From an uncultured Acidobacteriota bacterium (lineage in GTDB: Bacteria > Acidobacteriota > Terriglobia > Acidiferrales > UBA7541), in contig OY970264.1 of assembly GCA_963715685.1 (NCBI GenBank), positions 2,516,071 through 2,580,070 on the forward strand: DNA of 64,000 nucleotides, read 5' to 3'. Positions 47,257 to 59,305 of this stretch are shown one piece after another (the stretch's first letter is position 1; every line of letters starts with the position of its first letter). The notes under the pieces were generated by a model. The model did no database searches. It was given only the letters and a program-made list of their open reading frames with translations, and was not told the origin of the DNA. Made by a program: the position numbers and the translations under genes.

Positions 47257-49155
47257 TCAGGAAAGACCGATGACGCGGCCCGTCTTCAGGTCGATGTCGA
47301 TCTCGTAATATCCGGGGCGCGTGGAAAGACCGGGCATCGTGCTCATCGTGCCGAGCAGCGGATAGAGGAACCCGGCGCCGACGCTCGCGCGAATATCGCG
47401 CACCGGAACCGTGAATCCCGTTGGCGCACCTTTGAGATTCGGATCGTGGCTAAGGCTTAAATGAGTCTTGGCCATGCAGATCGGCAGCTTGTTGAAGCCG
47501 AGACGATTGTAGAGCGCGATTTTCTTCTCGGCCTCGGGTGAATATTCGACACCCGCCCCGCCGTACATCTCCCGCACGATCGTCTCAATCTTGTCCTTGA
47601 TGCTCATTTCCAGCGGGTAGAGGAACTGGAACTTGCTCGGCTGCTCGCAGGCGGCAATCACCGCCTTGCCCAAGGCTACGGCCCCCGCGCCGCCTTCCGC
47701 CCAGTGGTTCGCCACCACCGCATCATGCGCACCGGCCTGGATCGCCAGCTTGCGAACGAGTTCCACTTCCGCCGGGGTGTCGTGGGTGAATTTGTTCACG
47801 CCGACGACGACCGGAATGCCAAAGCGGCGCGCATTCTGGATCATCTTGGCCAGATTCGAGCAGCCCTTTTCGAGCAGAGGGAGGTTCTCTTCCGTGTACG
47901 CAGGGGCCAGCGGCTGGCCCGCGGTCACCTTGGGTCCACCGCCGTGCATTTTCAGCGCGCGAATCGTTGCTACCAACACGACGCAGTTCGGGATGAGGCC
48001 GCTGTAGCGGCACTTGATGTTGAAAAACTTTTCCATTCCGATGTCAGCGCCGAATCCAGATTCGGTAAGGACGTAGCCTTCGGGTCCAACAAGCTTTAGC
48101 GCAAGTTGATCCGCCACAATGGAAGAATTTCCGTGCGCGATATTCGCAAATGGACCAGCATGGACGAAGGCGGGAGTGCCTTCGAGTGTTTGCATCAGAT
48201 TGGGGAAGATCGCGTCCTTCATCAGCACCGTCAGCGCGCCGCCTACGCCCAGATCGTCAGCCGTAATCGCTTCGCCAGCGCGGCTTGTGCCAATGACCAT
48301 GGCGCCCAGGCGCTCGCGCATGTCGGGAAGGCTCGTCGTCAACGCCAGAATGGCCATGATTTCGCTGGCGACGGAAATGTCGTAGCCAGTAACGCGGGTC
48401 ATGCCTTTCTCTTCAGGTCCCTGACCGATTGTGATCTGCCGCAACATGCGGTCGTTCGTGTCGGTGACGCGGCGCCACGTGATGCTGTCCGGATCGATGT
48501 CCAGCCGCGCGAAACGGCTGCGCTCCTCGGGCGTCAGTTCGTTCGGATCCGTCTTCGTAATGCCCAGCTTGCGCAAACGGCGCAACATGACGGGAGCAAA
48601 ACGCCGGCTCCCATCCTTCTTCGGCGGACAAAGCCGCTCAAACAGCGCCTCGTCCTTTTGCTGAGATTCGTGCATCGCGCGCGTGTCAATCGCAGCGGCC
48701 AGCAGGTTGTTGGCTGCGGTGATCGCGTGGATGTCGCCCGTCAGGTGGAGGTTGAATTCCTCCATCGGAATAATCTGGCTGTATCCACCGCCGGCGGCGC
48801 CGCCCTTGATCCCGAACGTGGGACCCTGGCTAGGCTGGCGAATGCAGGTGAAAACCTTCTTGTCCAGGTGCGCTCCCAGAGCCTGGCTGAGGCCGACCGT
48901 CGTGGTCGTTTTGCCCTCACCGAGCGGAGTCGGAGTGATCGCGGTGACCACGACGTATTTTCCGTTGGGAACATCTTTGAGGCGATCTCGAAGCGACAGA
49001 TGCACCTTGGCCTTGTACTTCCCATAGAGCTCGAGTTCGTCCGGGAGAATGCCCGCTTCCGCAGCGATCGTATTGACCGGGATCGGCGTGGCCGCCTGAG
49101 CGATGTCAATGTCGCTCGGGACACGCGCGAGAATGTTCTTCAGCTTATGGGGCAT
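47257..49155 (-). CDS. fhs: formate--tetrahydrofolate ligase (long form, 632 aa)
   Basis: Carries [57 protein letters not shown] and [12 protein letters not shown]. Confidence 0.95.
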   Translation of the reverse strand: MPHKLKNILARVPSDIDIAQAATPIPVNTIAAEAGILPDELELYGKYKAKVHLSLRDRLKDVPNGKYVVVTAITPTPLGEGKTTTTVGLSQALGAHLDKKVFTCIRQPSQGPTFGIKGGAAGGGYSQIIPMEEFNLHLTGDIHAITAANNLLAAAIDTRAMHESQQKDEALFERLCPPKKDGSRRFAPVMLRRLRKLGITKTDPNELTPEERSRFARLDIDPDSITWRRVTDTNDRMLRQITIGQGPEEKGMTRVTGYDISVASEIMAILALTTSLPDMRERLGAMVIGTSRAGEAITADDLGVGGALTVLMKDAIFPNLMQTLEGTPAFVHAGPFANIAHGNSSIVADQLALKLVGPEGYVLTESGFGADIGMEKFFNIKCRYSGLIPNCVVLVATIRALKMHGGGPKVTAGQPLAPAYTEENLPLLEKGCSNLAKMIQNARRFGIPVVVGVNKFTHDTPAEVELVRKLAIQAGAHDAVVANHWAEGGAGAVALGKAVIAACEQPSKFQFLYPLEMSIKDKIETIVREMYGGAGVEYSPEAEKKIALYNRLGFNKLPICMAKTHLSLSHDPNLKGAPTGFTVPVRDIRASVGAGFLYPLLGTMSTMPGLSTRPGYYEIDIDLKTGRVIGLS

Positions 49156-49185
49156 CCGTCTTTCCTCCTGGCAACGATAGCGTCA

Positions 49186-49309
49186 ATCACGAAATAAAAT
49201 ATTAGAATTCGCGGCGGCCGAAGAGCCGCGCGACCGCACGGTGTTCCTGAAGGCCATCACGCAAACGAGTACCGTATATGGAGGGTTGTCGAGTTGTCAA
49301 GCGACAACC
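49186..49309 (-). promoter_or_regulatory. fhs upstream region: promoter candidate plus leader hairpin with a U-rich tail
   Basis: The minus strand has TTGACA (49300..49295), a 16-nt spacer and TATACG (49278..49273). The -35 lies inside a GGTTGTCG/CGACAACC inverted repeat (49284-49309). In the leader, the stem TCGCGCGGCU-CUUC-GGCCGC(C)GCGA (49233..49209) is followed by AUUCUAAUAUUUUAUUUC. Confidence 0.35.
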
Positions 49310-49626
49310 AGCGGTCACGAAAACCCATTCCCGCCTAATTTCACTGCATGAAACCAATCTTCGTGGCGCCAAAAACCGCTCCAATTGTCACCCCCAAGGT
49401 CCGATGCTACACTCACACGTCCGCGTATTCGAACGCGCTGAAGATCGCCAGAACGATGATCTGGGGTGGTTGAACTCCCTCAAGGGCCCAAACAGCGGCG
49501 ACAGCTTCGGCCGACGGAAGGCGCTGCCGGATTGTTTCTGAAACAAATTGGGTCCCGCACACGTTTCAATAGGTTGGGGTTCCACGTAGAGTTGAGAAGG
49601 CCGATTCCTTGGAGAGGAAAAACATA

Positions 49627-51636
49627 ATGAGTCGAAGGCTTATCCGTGCCGCAATGGTGCTCCTGACAGCGACTTCCGTGTTGGTATCACCAATTTATGC
49701 CCAGGGCCAGCAGGCGCCCTCCCCAGCGGGGCAAACGCAGGTTCCGACGGAGATGCCTCCGCCTCCCCAATATCAGCCCCCCACGGCAACCCAAGGTACA
49801 CCCCCGTCGCCGTCCCGAAACCTGGGGCTTGCGACAGGGCCGCACTATTCGAACGGCAGAGCCTGGTTCCCCAACATCATCGGGCCGTACGCGCCGAAGC
49901 TCGTGCCGGAGCCGATCAAGACGAATACGCCGCGAATCGCCCAATTGATTCAAAATGGCAAGCTGACGCTGAGCCTTGAGGACGCAATCTCGCTGGGGCT
50001 CGAAAACAACCTCAGCCTTGCAGTCGAGCGGTACGTGCCATGGCTGGACGAGGCCAGTTTGCTGTTTGCAAAGTCTGGCGCCAACGGCCGGCTCTCCTTC
50101 GATCCAAATGTAACCAGTACTCTATCGCTGGCCCAGTCGTCCTCCCCAATCAACAACCCGCTTTTCGCCGGTGTCGCAACACAGATCACATCTCCCGTGG
50201 CGCTTACCGATCACGTAACGACTGCAAACTTCGGCTACACACAGGGGTTCGCCACAGGCACTCAGGCGCAGGTGACTTTCAATAACTCGCGCACCTCGAC
50301 GAACTTCGGAGCGTTCGACCTTTTCAACCCCTACGAACAGTCCACGCTAACGGTCGAGCTCACTCAGCCGCTTTTGAACGGTTTCGGTAAATTGCCGAAC
50401 GTCCGCTATATACTCGAGGCCAAGAACACGGTAAAAGTGGGGGAGTCGCAATTCGCGCAACAGGTCATCACGACCGTGACGCAGGTGGCGACCGATTACT
50501 GGGAACTCGTGTTTGCGCGCGAGAACGTGAAGGTCGAACAAGTGGCCGTTGCCGCGGACCAACAGCTCTACGAAAACAACAAGAAGCAGCTGGAGATCGG
50601 CACGATGGCACCCCTTGACGTAATCACAGCCCAATCCCAACTCGCCACCGACCAGCAGGCTTTGGTCCAGGCGCAAACCACGCAATTGCTCGACGAAACG
50701 ACGCTGCTGGTGGCCATCACCAAAGATCCGCTTGCGCCCAATCTGCGAGGAGTTGAAATCGTACCTTCCACATCCATCTTTAATCCCGACGTCGAGAACA
50801 TCTCTCTCGAGGATGCGGTAAAGGAAGCCTGGAAAAAGCGGCCCGAGCTTCAACAGGCAGAGCTGAATTTGAAAAACGCCGGAATCGAAGTCAAGGCGAC
50901 TCGAAACTTGCTGCTGCCACAGCTGAATGTGTTCGCCGAATACCAAGCGGCCGGCTTGGGTGGACCTGCGCATCCGTCCACGACCACGGTCAACGGCTTC
51001 GTGGGTAATCCCGACGCACCGATCGTGAACCTCGCCGGAACGATTGTTCCGAACGAGTTCGAGCCGATTCCGCAGACTACGACCACGACGACCCTGGTTC
51101 CCGGCGGTCTAGGCGACGACTTGAATGCCATGATCCGAGGACGTTACCCAACTCTCGAGGCCGGATTCAATCTGACGCTCCCGATTCGCAATCGGGCTGC
51201 GCAGGCGAACAACGCCACGGCACAACTCAACGAGCGCGAACAGGAACTGGGGTATCTTCAGACTCAGAACACGATTGTCCTTAACGTCCGCCAGGCTTTG
51301 ATTACTCTCGTGCAGGACCGCGCCGCGATCACCGCCGCCGAGGAAGCGCGCGTTTTCGCGCAGCAAAGCTATGACGACGAGGTGAAAAGACTCCAGCTCG
51401 GCACTTCGACGGCGTTCACCGTGATTCAGAAACAACAACTGCTCACTGCAGCCGAGGGCGTGGAGCTTCGCGACCGCATCAACTTGATCGAGGCTGAGCT
51501 GAACTTCAATCAGGCCATGGGCCGCACGTTGGAGGTTCACAACATCTCCGTGGCCGACGCGCGAACTGGAAATATCTCTGGCACGCCAAACATTCCCGGG
51601 GCTCCGGACGCGCCCGCGCAAACGGGCCACGAGTAG
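49627..51636 (+). CDS. TolC family outer-membrane efflux protein
   Basis: Signal peptide MSRRLIRAAMVLLTATSVLVSPIYAQ, a Pro/Gln-rich linker, then two OEP repeats (LSLEDAISLGLENNLSL...; ISLEDAVKEAWKKRPELQQAELNLKNA...). Confidence 0.8.
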   Translation: MSRRLIRAAMVLLTATSVLVSPIYAQGQQAPSPAGQTQVPTEMPPPPQYQPPTATQGTPPSPSRNLGLATGPHYSNGRAWFPNIIGPYAPKLVPEPIKTNTPRIAQLIQNGKLTLSLEDAISLGLENNLSLAVERYVPWLDEASLLFAKSGANGRLSFDPNVTSTLSLAQSSSPINNPLFAGVATQITSPVALTDHVTTANFGYTQGFATGTQAQVTFNNSRTSTNFGAFDLFNPYEQSTLTVELTQPLLNGFGKLPNVRYILEAKNTVKVGESQFAQQVITTVTQVATDYWELVFARENVKVEQVAVAADQQLYENNKKQLEIGTMAPLDVITAQSQLATDQQALVQAQTTQLLDETTLLVAITKDPLAPNLRGVEIVPSTSIFNPDVENISLEDAVKEAWKKRPELQQAELNLKNAGIEVKATRNLLLPQLNVFAEYQAAGLGGPAHPSTTTVNGFVGNPDAPIVNLAGTIVPNEFEPIPQTTTTTTLVPGGLGDDLNAMIRGRYPTLEAGFNLTLPIRNRAAQANNATAQLNEREQELGYLQTQNTIVLNVRQALITLVQDRAAITAAEEARVFAQQSYDDEVKRLQLGTSTAFTVIQKQQLLTAAEGVELRDRINLIEAELNFNQAMGRTLEVHNISVADARTGNISGTPNIPGAPDAPAQTGHE

Positions 51637-51645
51637 AGGCACTGC

Positions 51646-53354
<1,709 letters not shown>

Positions 53355-53423
53355 CCCGCTAAGCAATGCTCCTAGATTCACGCACACACATTTCGACGGA
53401 TTTTGAAGTATTCTTGCATCCTT

Positions 53424-53836
53424 ATGGCGGAACGAAAGATACGCGTACTGATCGCCAAGCCGGGGCTTGACGGCCACGACCGCGGCGCGAAAGTGATCGC
53501 TCGCGCGCTGCGCGACGCCGGAATGGAAGTGATCTACACCGGCCTGCGCCAGACGCCTGAGATGATCGCTTCAGCAGCAGCTCAGGAAGACGTGGACGTC
53601 ATCGGCCTCTCGATTTTTCTGGCGCGCACAATACGCTCTGCCGCCGCCTCATGGAGCTTCTGCACGCCAAGGGAATGCACGACGTGACCGTGCTGATCGG
53701 CGGGATCATTCCCGAAGCCGACATCCCGGGATTGAAAAAGGCCGGAATCGCCGAGATTTTTCTTCCGGGCACGACGACGCAAGCTATCGTCGACTTCATT
53801 CGCCAGCGCGTCGCGGCCGCGCCGCAGGGGGCCTGA
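53424..53836 (+). pseudogene. acyl-CoA mutase small subunit (B12-binding domain); as sequenced, the frame is broken in the T5 run 53614-53618
   Basis: Carries [23 protein letters not shown] (DxHxxG). After GLSI the -1 frame gives [33 protein letters not shown]. Confidence 0.9.
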
Positions 53837-53837
53837 T

Positions 53838-55551
53838 TTGCCGACGACAACAAAACCTGGCGAGGCGCTTCCTGTGGAGGGGACCGTCATCGAAACTCAT
53901 CTTGACACGAAGTCCGCCGCTTTCCAGAAGAACCGCCGCGACATGATCGACCGCCTCACCGAAATCAAGAACGAGGAAGAGCAGATCCGCCAGGGTGGAG
54001 GCGCAAAAGCCATCGAGGCCCAGCATAAGAAGGGCCGCCTGACGGTCCGCGAGCGCATCGCGAGACTGATCGACCCCAAGACCGAATTCTTCGAGCTCGG
54101 CCTCTTCGCCGCATTCGAAATGTACGAGGAATGGGGCGGCGCACCCGCAGCCGGAACCGTTACGGGACTTGGCCACGTGGCCGGCCGCCGCGTGATGATC
54201 ATCGCCAACGACGCCACGGTGAAAGCCGGCGCGTTCTTCCCGATGACCGCGAAGAAAGTGATTCGCGCGCAGAACATCGCCATCGAAAACCGCATTCCGA
54301 CAATTTACCTCGTCGATTCGGGAGGCGTTTTTCTTCCGCTGCAGGAAGATGTTTTCCCGGACACGGACGATTTCGGCCGCGTTTTCCGCAACAACGCGGT
54401 GATGAGCGCGATGGGCATTCCGCAGATCACCGCCATCATGGGAATGTGCGTGGCCGGCGGCGCGTACCTGCCGGTTATGTGCGATCACATCCTGATGACC
54501 GAGGGAAGCGGGCTCTTTCTTGCCGGCCCCGCGCTCGTCCAGGCCGCGATCGGGCAGCAGACCTCGGCCGAAGAGCTCGGCGGCGCACAGATGCACGCGC
54601 AAATCAGCGGCACAGTCGATTTCCGCGAGCCTGACGACGACGCCTGCATCCGGCGCATTCGCGCGCTCGTCGATAAGCTCGGCCACCCGCCCGGCGCTCC
54701 GTTTGACCACAAGCCCGCCGAGCCGCCTGCCTATCCCGCCGAGGAAATCTACGGAATCACTTCCGCCGACGGCTCCAAGCAATACGACGTGCGCGAAATG
54801 ATCGCGCGAATCGTCGATGGCAGCAAATTCGAAGAATACCGCGCCGAGTGCGGCCAGACGATCGTCTGCGGCTACGCGCGTATCGGCGGCTGGGCGGTCG
54901 GAATCGTCGCCAACCAGAAAAAGAACGCCACCGTTTCGGCGCAGGCCACCGGCGAGAAGCGCATCGAGTTCGGAGGAGTGATTTACACAGAAGCGGCTGA
55001 CAAAGCCGCGCGATTCGTCCTCGACTGTAACCAGAACCTCGTCCCGCTCATTTTCTTGCACGATGTGAACGGGTTCATGGTCGGCAAGGAAGCCGAGTGG
55101 AGCGGCATCATTCGAGCGGGCGCGAAGATGGTTAACGCCGTGGCGAACAGCGTCGTCCCGAAGATTGCCGTGATATGCGGGGGCAGCTTTGGGGCAGGCC
55201 ACTTCGCGATGTGCGGGAAGGCTTACGATCCGCGATTCTTTTTCGCCTGGCCCACCGCGCGCTACGCCGTTATGAGCGGCGACTCCGCTGCGGGCACGCT
55301 CGTCGAGATACGGATCAGGCAGCTCGAGCGCGAAGGAAAGAAGCTGAGCGCCGCGGACAAGAAGAACTCTACACGAATCCGTTCGCGCAACCTATGAGCA
55401 TCAAACCGACCCACGCTACGCTGCCGCGCGCCTGTGGGTTGACGCCATCATCGACCCGGCGCAGACGCGCGAAGCCTTGATAGAATCACTTGAATCGGCC
55501 GCGCTAAATCCTCACGTCGCGGAATTCAAAACGGGAGTCTTGCAAACGTAA
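53838..55551 (+). pseudogene. acyl-CoA carboxylase carboxyltransferase (beta) subunit, methylcrotonyl-CoA carboxylase beta-like; as sequenced, there are two single-base frame breaks near 55361-55376
   Basis: Carries GRLTVRERI..L.D, ..ANDATVKAGAFFP.T.KK..RAQ.IA..N..P.IYLVDSGG and ..CVAGGAYLP. The C-terminus ESVRATYEHQTDPRYAAARLWVDAIIDP...KTGVLQT is read in a third frame to TAA 55549-55551. TTG start. Confidence 0.85.
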
Positions 55552-56456
55552 TGACCGACGCCATTACAATCGTGGAGTGCCCGCGCGACGCCTGGCAGGG
55601 ATTGCCCCACGTGATTCCCGCGGACGAAAAGATTCAATATTTGACGCGGCTCGTTTCGCTCGGCTTCCGGCACATCGACGCGGTCAGCTTCGTCTCGCCA
55701 AAGCACGTGCCGCAGATGGCGGATAGCGAAGCCGTGATGCAGGAGCTAAGCCGCGCCAGGCTGCCCTCGGGAGAGGCACCGGAAATTATCGGCATCGTCG
55801 TCAACGCGCAGGGGCTCGACCGTGCCCTCGCCGCGCCCGGTGTGACCACGATCGGCTACCCATACTCGATCTCGGCCTATTTCCGCCGGGCGAACGCCAA
55901 TATGTCGCGAGCGGAGTCTCGGGAACTTGTTGAGCAGCTCCAGCGCAAGACCAAGGCTGCCAACCGCCGCCTTGTTGTATACATTTCGATGGCATTCGGA
56001 AATCCGTACGACGAGCCGTGGGGCCCGGAGATCGTGGAGGACACACTCGTCTGGCTGAAGGATGTGGGCGTCCGGACCGTTTCGCTCGCCGACACTATCG
56101 GGACTGCATCGCCTGAAGATGTCGCTCACTTGTTCCACGCCGTGAAGGACTGCGTCGCAGGCGTCGAGATTGGCGTACATCTTCACAGCCGGCCCGACGG
56201 TGCCGCTGAGAAAGTTCTGGCCGCATATGAAGCGGGTTGCAGGCGGTTCGATGGCGCTCTCACGGGCCTTGGTGGCTGCCCGTTTGCCAGCGACGAACTC
56301 GTGGGGAATATTCCCACGGAAACCGTGCTCACGACGCTCGCTGCGCGCGGCGTCGCGACAGGGATCGATGCCAGATCTCTGGCGATTGCGTGCGCGATCA
56401 CAGGCGAGCTTCGCGAGAAGTACGCGCACGAATCCGAAGCCGCCAAACCGAATTAG
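55551..56456 (+). CDS. hydroxymethylglutaryl-CoA lyase
   Basis: Carries ITIVECPRDAWQGLP, ..SFVSPKHVPQMADS, ..LADTIG.A.P and ..GVHLH. The ATG shares its A with the upstream TAA. Confidence 0.85.
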   Translation: MTDAITIVECPRDAWQGLPHVIPADEKIQYLTRLVSLGFRHIDAVSFVSPKHVPQMADSEAVMQELSRARLPSGEAPEIIGIVVNAQGLDRALAAPGVTTIGYPYSISAYFRRANANMSRAESRELVEQLQRKTKAANRRLVVYISMAFGNPYDEPWGPEIVEDTLVWLKDVGVRTVSLADTIGTASPEDVAHLFHAVKDCVAGVEIGVHLHSRPDGAAEKVLAAYEAGCRRFDGALTGLGGCPFASDELVGNIPTETVLTTLAARGVATGIDARSLAIACAITGELREKYAHESEAAKPN

Positions 56457-56481
56457 CTTCGCAGGCACGGAGGATCGAGCG

Positions 56482-57264
56482 ATGGGCTACCCGACGCTGA
56501 CGTATCAGCAGGACAACGGAATCGTTACCCTGGCGCTCACCGTACCGGAAAAGCGCAATGCCATCTCGGCGCAGATGGTCACGGACCTAATCGGCGCTCT
56601 TCAACAGGCCGAGGAGAGCACCGCGCGCGTGGTCATCATCACCGGGTCGGGCAAAGCCTTCTGCGCGGGAATGGACCTCGACGAGTTGCAACACATCGCG
56701 AGACAGACGCAACCGAAAAACCTCGAAGACGCACGACGCATCACGAAGATGTTTTATCGTCTTTACAGCTTCCCCAAACCGCTTATCGCCGCGGTAAACG
56801 GTGCGGCGATTGCCGGCGGCTGCGGGATCGCTACGCTCGCCGATTTCACGCTTGCCGTGCCGGAAGCCAAATTCGGGTACACCGAGGTCAAACTTGGATT
56901 CATTCCCGCGATTGTGGCCGTTTTCCTGCGCCGGAGGATCGCCGACAAGCCGCTTCGAGATTTGCTTTTGACCGGCAAGATCGTCGATTCCGCGGAAGCG
57001 TTGCGAATCGGGCTGGTAACAGAAATCGTTCCCATCGAAAAGCTCATGGATCGCGCGCGCCAAATTGCGGACGTGTTGCTTTCGGTAAGCCCTAGCGCCG
57101 TCGCACAGACGAAAAAGTTGCTTCTCGGTTTCGATAAGGCAGCCATTCGCGCCGAACTCGAAACAGCAATCGAAGCCAATGCAGACATTCGCGCGACTCC
57201 GGACTTCCACGAAGGCGTCGCCGCCTTTCTCGAAAAGCGCACGCCGAAGTGGGGCACCAGTTAG
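56482..57264 (+). CDS. enoyl-CoA hydratase/isomerase family protein (methylglutaconyl-CoA hydratase-like by context)
   Basis: Carries NGIVTLALTVPEKRNAIS, ..VVIITGSGKAFCAGMDL and ..PLIAAVNGAAIAGG. GGAGGA lies upstream of ATG 56482. Confidence 0.88.
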   Translation: MGYPTLTYQQDNGIVTLALTVPEKRNAISAQMVTDLIGALQQAEESTARVVIITGSGKAFCAGMDLDELQHIARQTQPKNLEDARRITKMFYRLYSFPKPLIAAVNGAAIAGGCGIATLADFTLAVPEAKFGYTEVKLGFIPAIVAVFLRRRIADKPLRDLLLTGKIVDSAEALRIGLVTEIVPIEKLMDRARQIADVLLSVSPSAVAQTKKLLLGFDKAAIRAELETAIEANADIRATPDFHEGVAAFLEKRTPKWGTS

Positions 57265-57297
57265 TTTTCAACCGAATCGCAGAATGGGAAACGAATC

Positions 57298-57975
57298 GTG
57301 GCCGAATCCACGCTGATGAGCGCGCGCGTTCAAGCCGTCCTCAAGCGCCTTTACCGCAACGCCGAGGCAGTGGATGCGGCCGTGCTGGCTCGCACGAATC
57401 CAGTGACAGATACCTTGGATGGAGACGAAAAGATCCGCGTTCGGTCTGAGATGTTGGGCGAGGCCTACCTGCCCGTGCCGCCGGACGTCGGCCGCCTGCT
57501 TTATATCCTTGCCCGGGCGCACCCGAGCCGCACCGTCGTAGAATTCGGCACTGCCCTCGCCATTTCGACGATTCATTTTGCGGCAGCAGTTCGGGACAGC
57601 GGCGGGTGCAAAGTCATCACAACCGAGATCAACGCTGAGAAGGCGCGCCGCGCTGGGGGGCATCTCCGGGAGGCCGGCTTGCTGGACTTTGTCGAGATTC
57701 GCGTGGGAGACGCGCGCGAAACTTTACGGAACCTTGATCATCCCGTCGATTTTGTGTTTCTCGATGGATGGAAGGAACTCTATCTGCCAGTATTGAAGGT
57801 CATCGAACCCAACCTGCGCGACGGCGCACTGGTCACGGCCGATAATTTGAATCTTGCGTCCAAGGAGCTAAAACCTTTCGTCGAATACATCAGCCGCGAA
57901 GAGAACGGCTACCTGTCAGTTGAGGTTCCCATTGGTGACCGGCTGGAAATCTCCATGCGGATCGAGAGCCGATGA
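57298..57975 (+). CDS. class I SAM-dependent O-methyltransferase (family 3 / CCoAOMT-like)
   Basis: Carries VVEFGTALAISTIHFA, ..VITTEIN, ..RVGDARETL, ..DFVFLDGWKELY and ..GALVTADN. GTG start. Confidence 0.7.
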   Translation: MAESTLMSARVQAVLKRLYRNAEAVDAAVLARTNPVTDTLDGDEKIRVRSEMLGEAYLPVPPDVGRLLYILARAHPSRTVVEFGTALAISTIHFAAAVRDSGGCKVITTEINAEKARRAGGHLREAGLLDFVEIRVGDARETLRNLDHPVDFVFLDGWKELYLPVLKVIEPNLRDGALVTADNLNLASKELKPFVEYISREENGYLSVEVPIGDRLEISMRIESR

Positions 57976-58439
57976 ACGAATACGTCGACACAACGCTTCG
58001 CGTCCGGTACGCCGAGACCGATCAGATGGGAGTGGTGTATTACGGGAACTATTTCACGTGGTTCGAGGTCGGGCGGGTTGAGCTCTGCCGCCACCTCGGT
58101 TTCGAGTACAAGCAAATGGAAATCGAGGACGACAGCCTCATTGTCGTCGCCGAGGCGTCGTGCCGGTACAAGCGCCCCGCGCGATTTGACGACGTGCTCA
58201 CGGTTCGCACGCGCGTTGCTACCCCCCGGCGGCGAACGATTCGTTTCAGCTACGAGATTTTCAACCAGTCCACGGGCGACTTGATCGCAACTGGCGAAAC
58301 GTTACACGTGATCTGCGATCGGCAGGGCCGTCCCAAGTCTCTTCCCGAAAAGTATCGCAGGTATTTCCCCTCGGGAGATCCGGAGGGCGCCGCACATTCC
58401 AGGCGCCAACCAGACGCCTCTCAAAAAGGACGAAAATGA
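57972..58439 (+). CDS. acyl-CoA thioesterase (YbgC/4HBT hotdog family)
   Basis: RVRYAETDQMGVVYYGNYFTWFEVGRVE is the 4HBT-class signature. Its ATG overlaps the upstream stop (ATGA). Confidence 0.85.
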   Translation: MNEYVDTTLRVRYAETDQMGVVYYGNYFTWFEVGRVELCRHLGFEYKQMEIEDDSLIVVAEASCRYKRPARFDDVLTVRTRVATPRRRTIRFSYEIFNQSTGDLIATGETLHVICDRQGRPKSLPEKYRRYFPSGDPEGAAHSRRQPDASQKGRK

Positions 58440-59305
58440 GCGCAATCGATCCAGTAAAGCTCGCAAGGTTTCGCGAAAAGCTCCGCCAGGAATGGACCGA
58501 CGAGCAGACGGTCGCCGCGTGGCGAAAGTGGCACGCGCAGCTCGCCGAGTTCACGCGCGGAGCAACGGAGGCCATCCTCGATGCCACGCAGCTTCGCCCG
58601 GGTATACGCGTCCTCGATCTCGCAAGCGGAGTCGGCGATCCCGCGCTTTCGATTGCCGAAGCGGTTGGGCCATCGGGCCACGTCACTGCCACCGATCTCG
58701 GCCCGGGCATGATTGGCTTGGCCGAAGAACTGGCACGCAAAAAGGGACTCCGCAACATCGAGTTTCGCGTGGCCGACGTGGAAGCGCTTCCCTTCCCGGA
58801 CGAGTCCTTCGACGCTGTCACGTGCCGGTTCGGCGTGATGTTTTTCCCCGATCAAGTAAAGGCGTTTCGGGAATGTCGAAGAGTTCTGAAAACGGGTGGC
58901 CGCGTCGCCTTTGTCGTCTGGGGCACTCGCGAGCAACCGTTTCTCGGCACGACGATCGGTATTCTCATGAAATATGTCGACGCGCCGCCACCGGATCCCG
59001 ATGCGCCTCACGCGTTCATGTTCGGCGAGCGTGGATTGCTCGAGAGCCGTCTCAAGGCCGCGGGCTTTTCCGGCGTGCGCGAAGAAGCTCGAACGGTCAC
59101 GGGCCGATGGCGGGGTTCGCCCGAAGAGTACTGGCAGCAGTTCACCCAGGTCGCCGCGCCATTTCGCCCTCTGATCGCGAAGCTCTCAACTGAGACGCGC
59201 GCGAAGGCGGAATCCGAGATTCTTGCGGGGCTGCGGAAGCTATCGGACGGCAAAGTGCTGACGATGCCGCTCGAAATCGTCATCGGGACGGGCTCGAAAG
59301 CTTGA
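58436..59305 (+). CDS. class I SAM-dependent methyltransferase (Methyltransf_11/UbiE-like)
   Basis: SAM motif VLDLASGVGDPAL and motif post-II FDAVTCRFGVMFFPD. ATGA overlap with the upstream gene. Confidence 0.8.
   Translation: MSAIDPVKLARFREKLRQEWTDEQTVAAWRKWHAQLAEFTRGATEAILDATQLRPGIRVLDLASGVGDPALSIAEAVGPSGHVTATDLGPGMIGLAEELARKKGLRNIEFRVADVEALPFPDESFDAVTCRFGVMFFPDQVKAFRECRRVLKTGGRVAFVVWGTREQPFLGTTIGILMKYVDAPPPDPDAPHAFMFGERGLLESRLKAAGFSGVREEARTVTGRWRGSPEEYWQQFTQVAAPFRPLIAKLSTETRAKAESEILAGLRKLSDGKVLTMPLEIVIGTGSKA

Noticed and set aside
49156-49400. ZTP (pfl) or THF riboswitch upstream of fhs
   Set aside because: A GGGUUUUCGUGACCGCUGG stretch vaguely recalls the ZTP 5' domain. I could not find the conserved 3' CCGCCUGGGC-type pseudoknot partner or THF-riboswitch-like cores. 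It is kept only as an unclassified structured leader.
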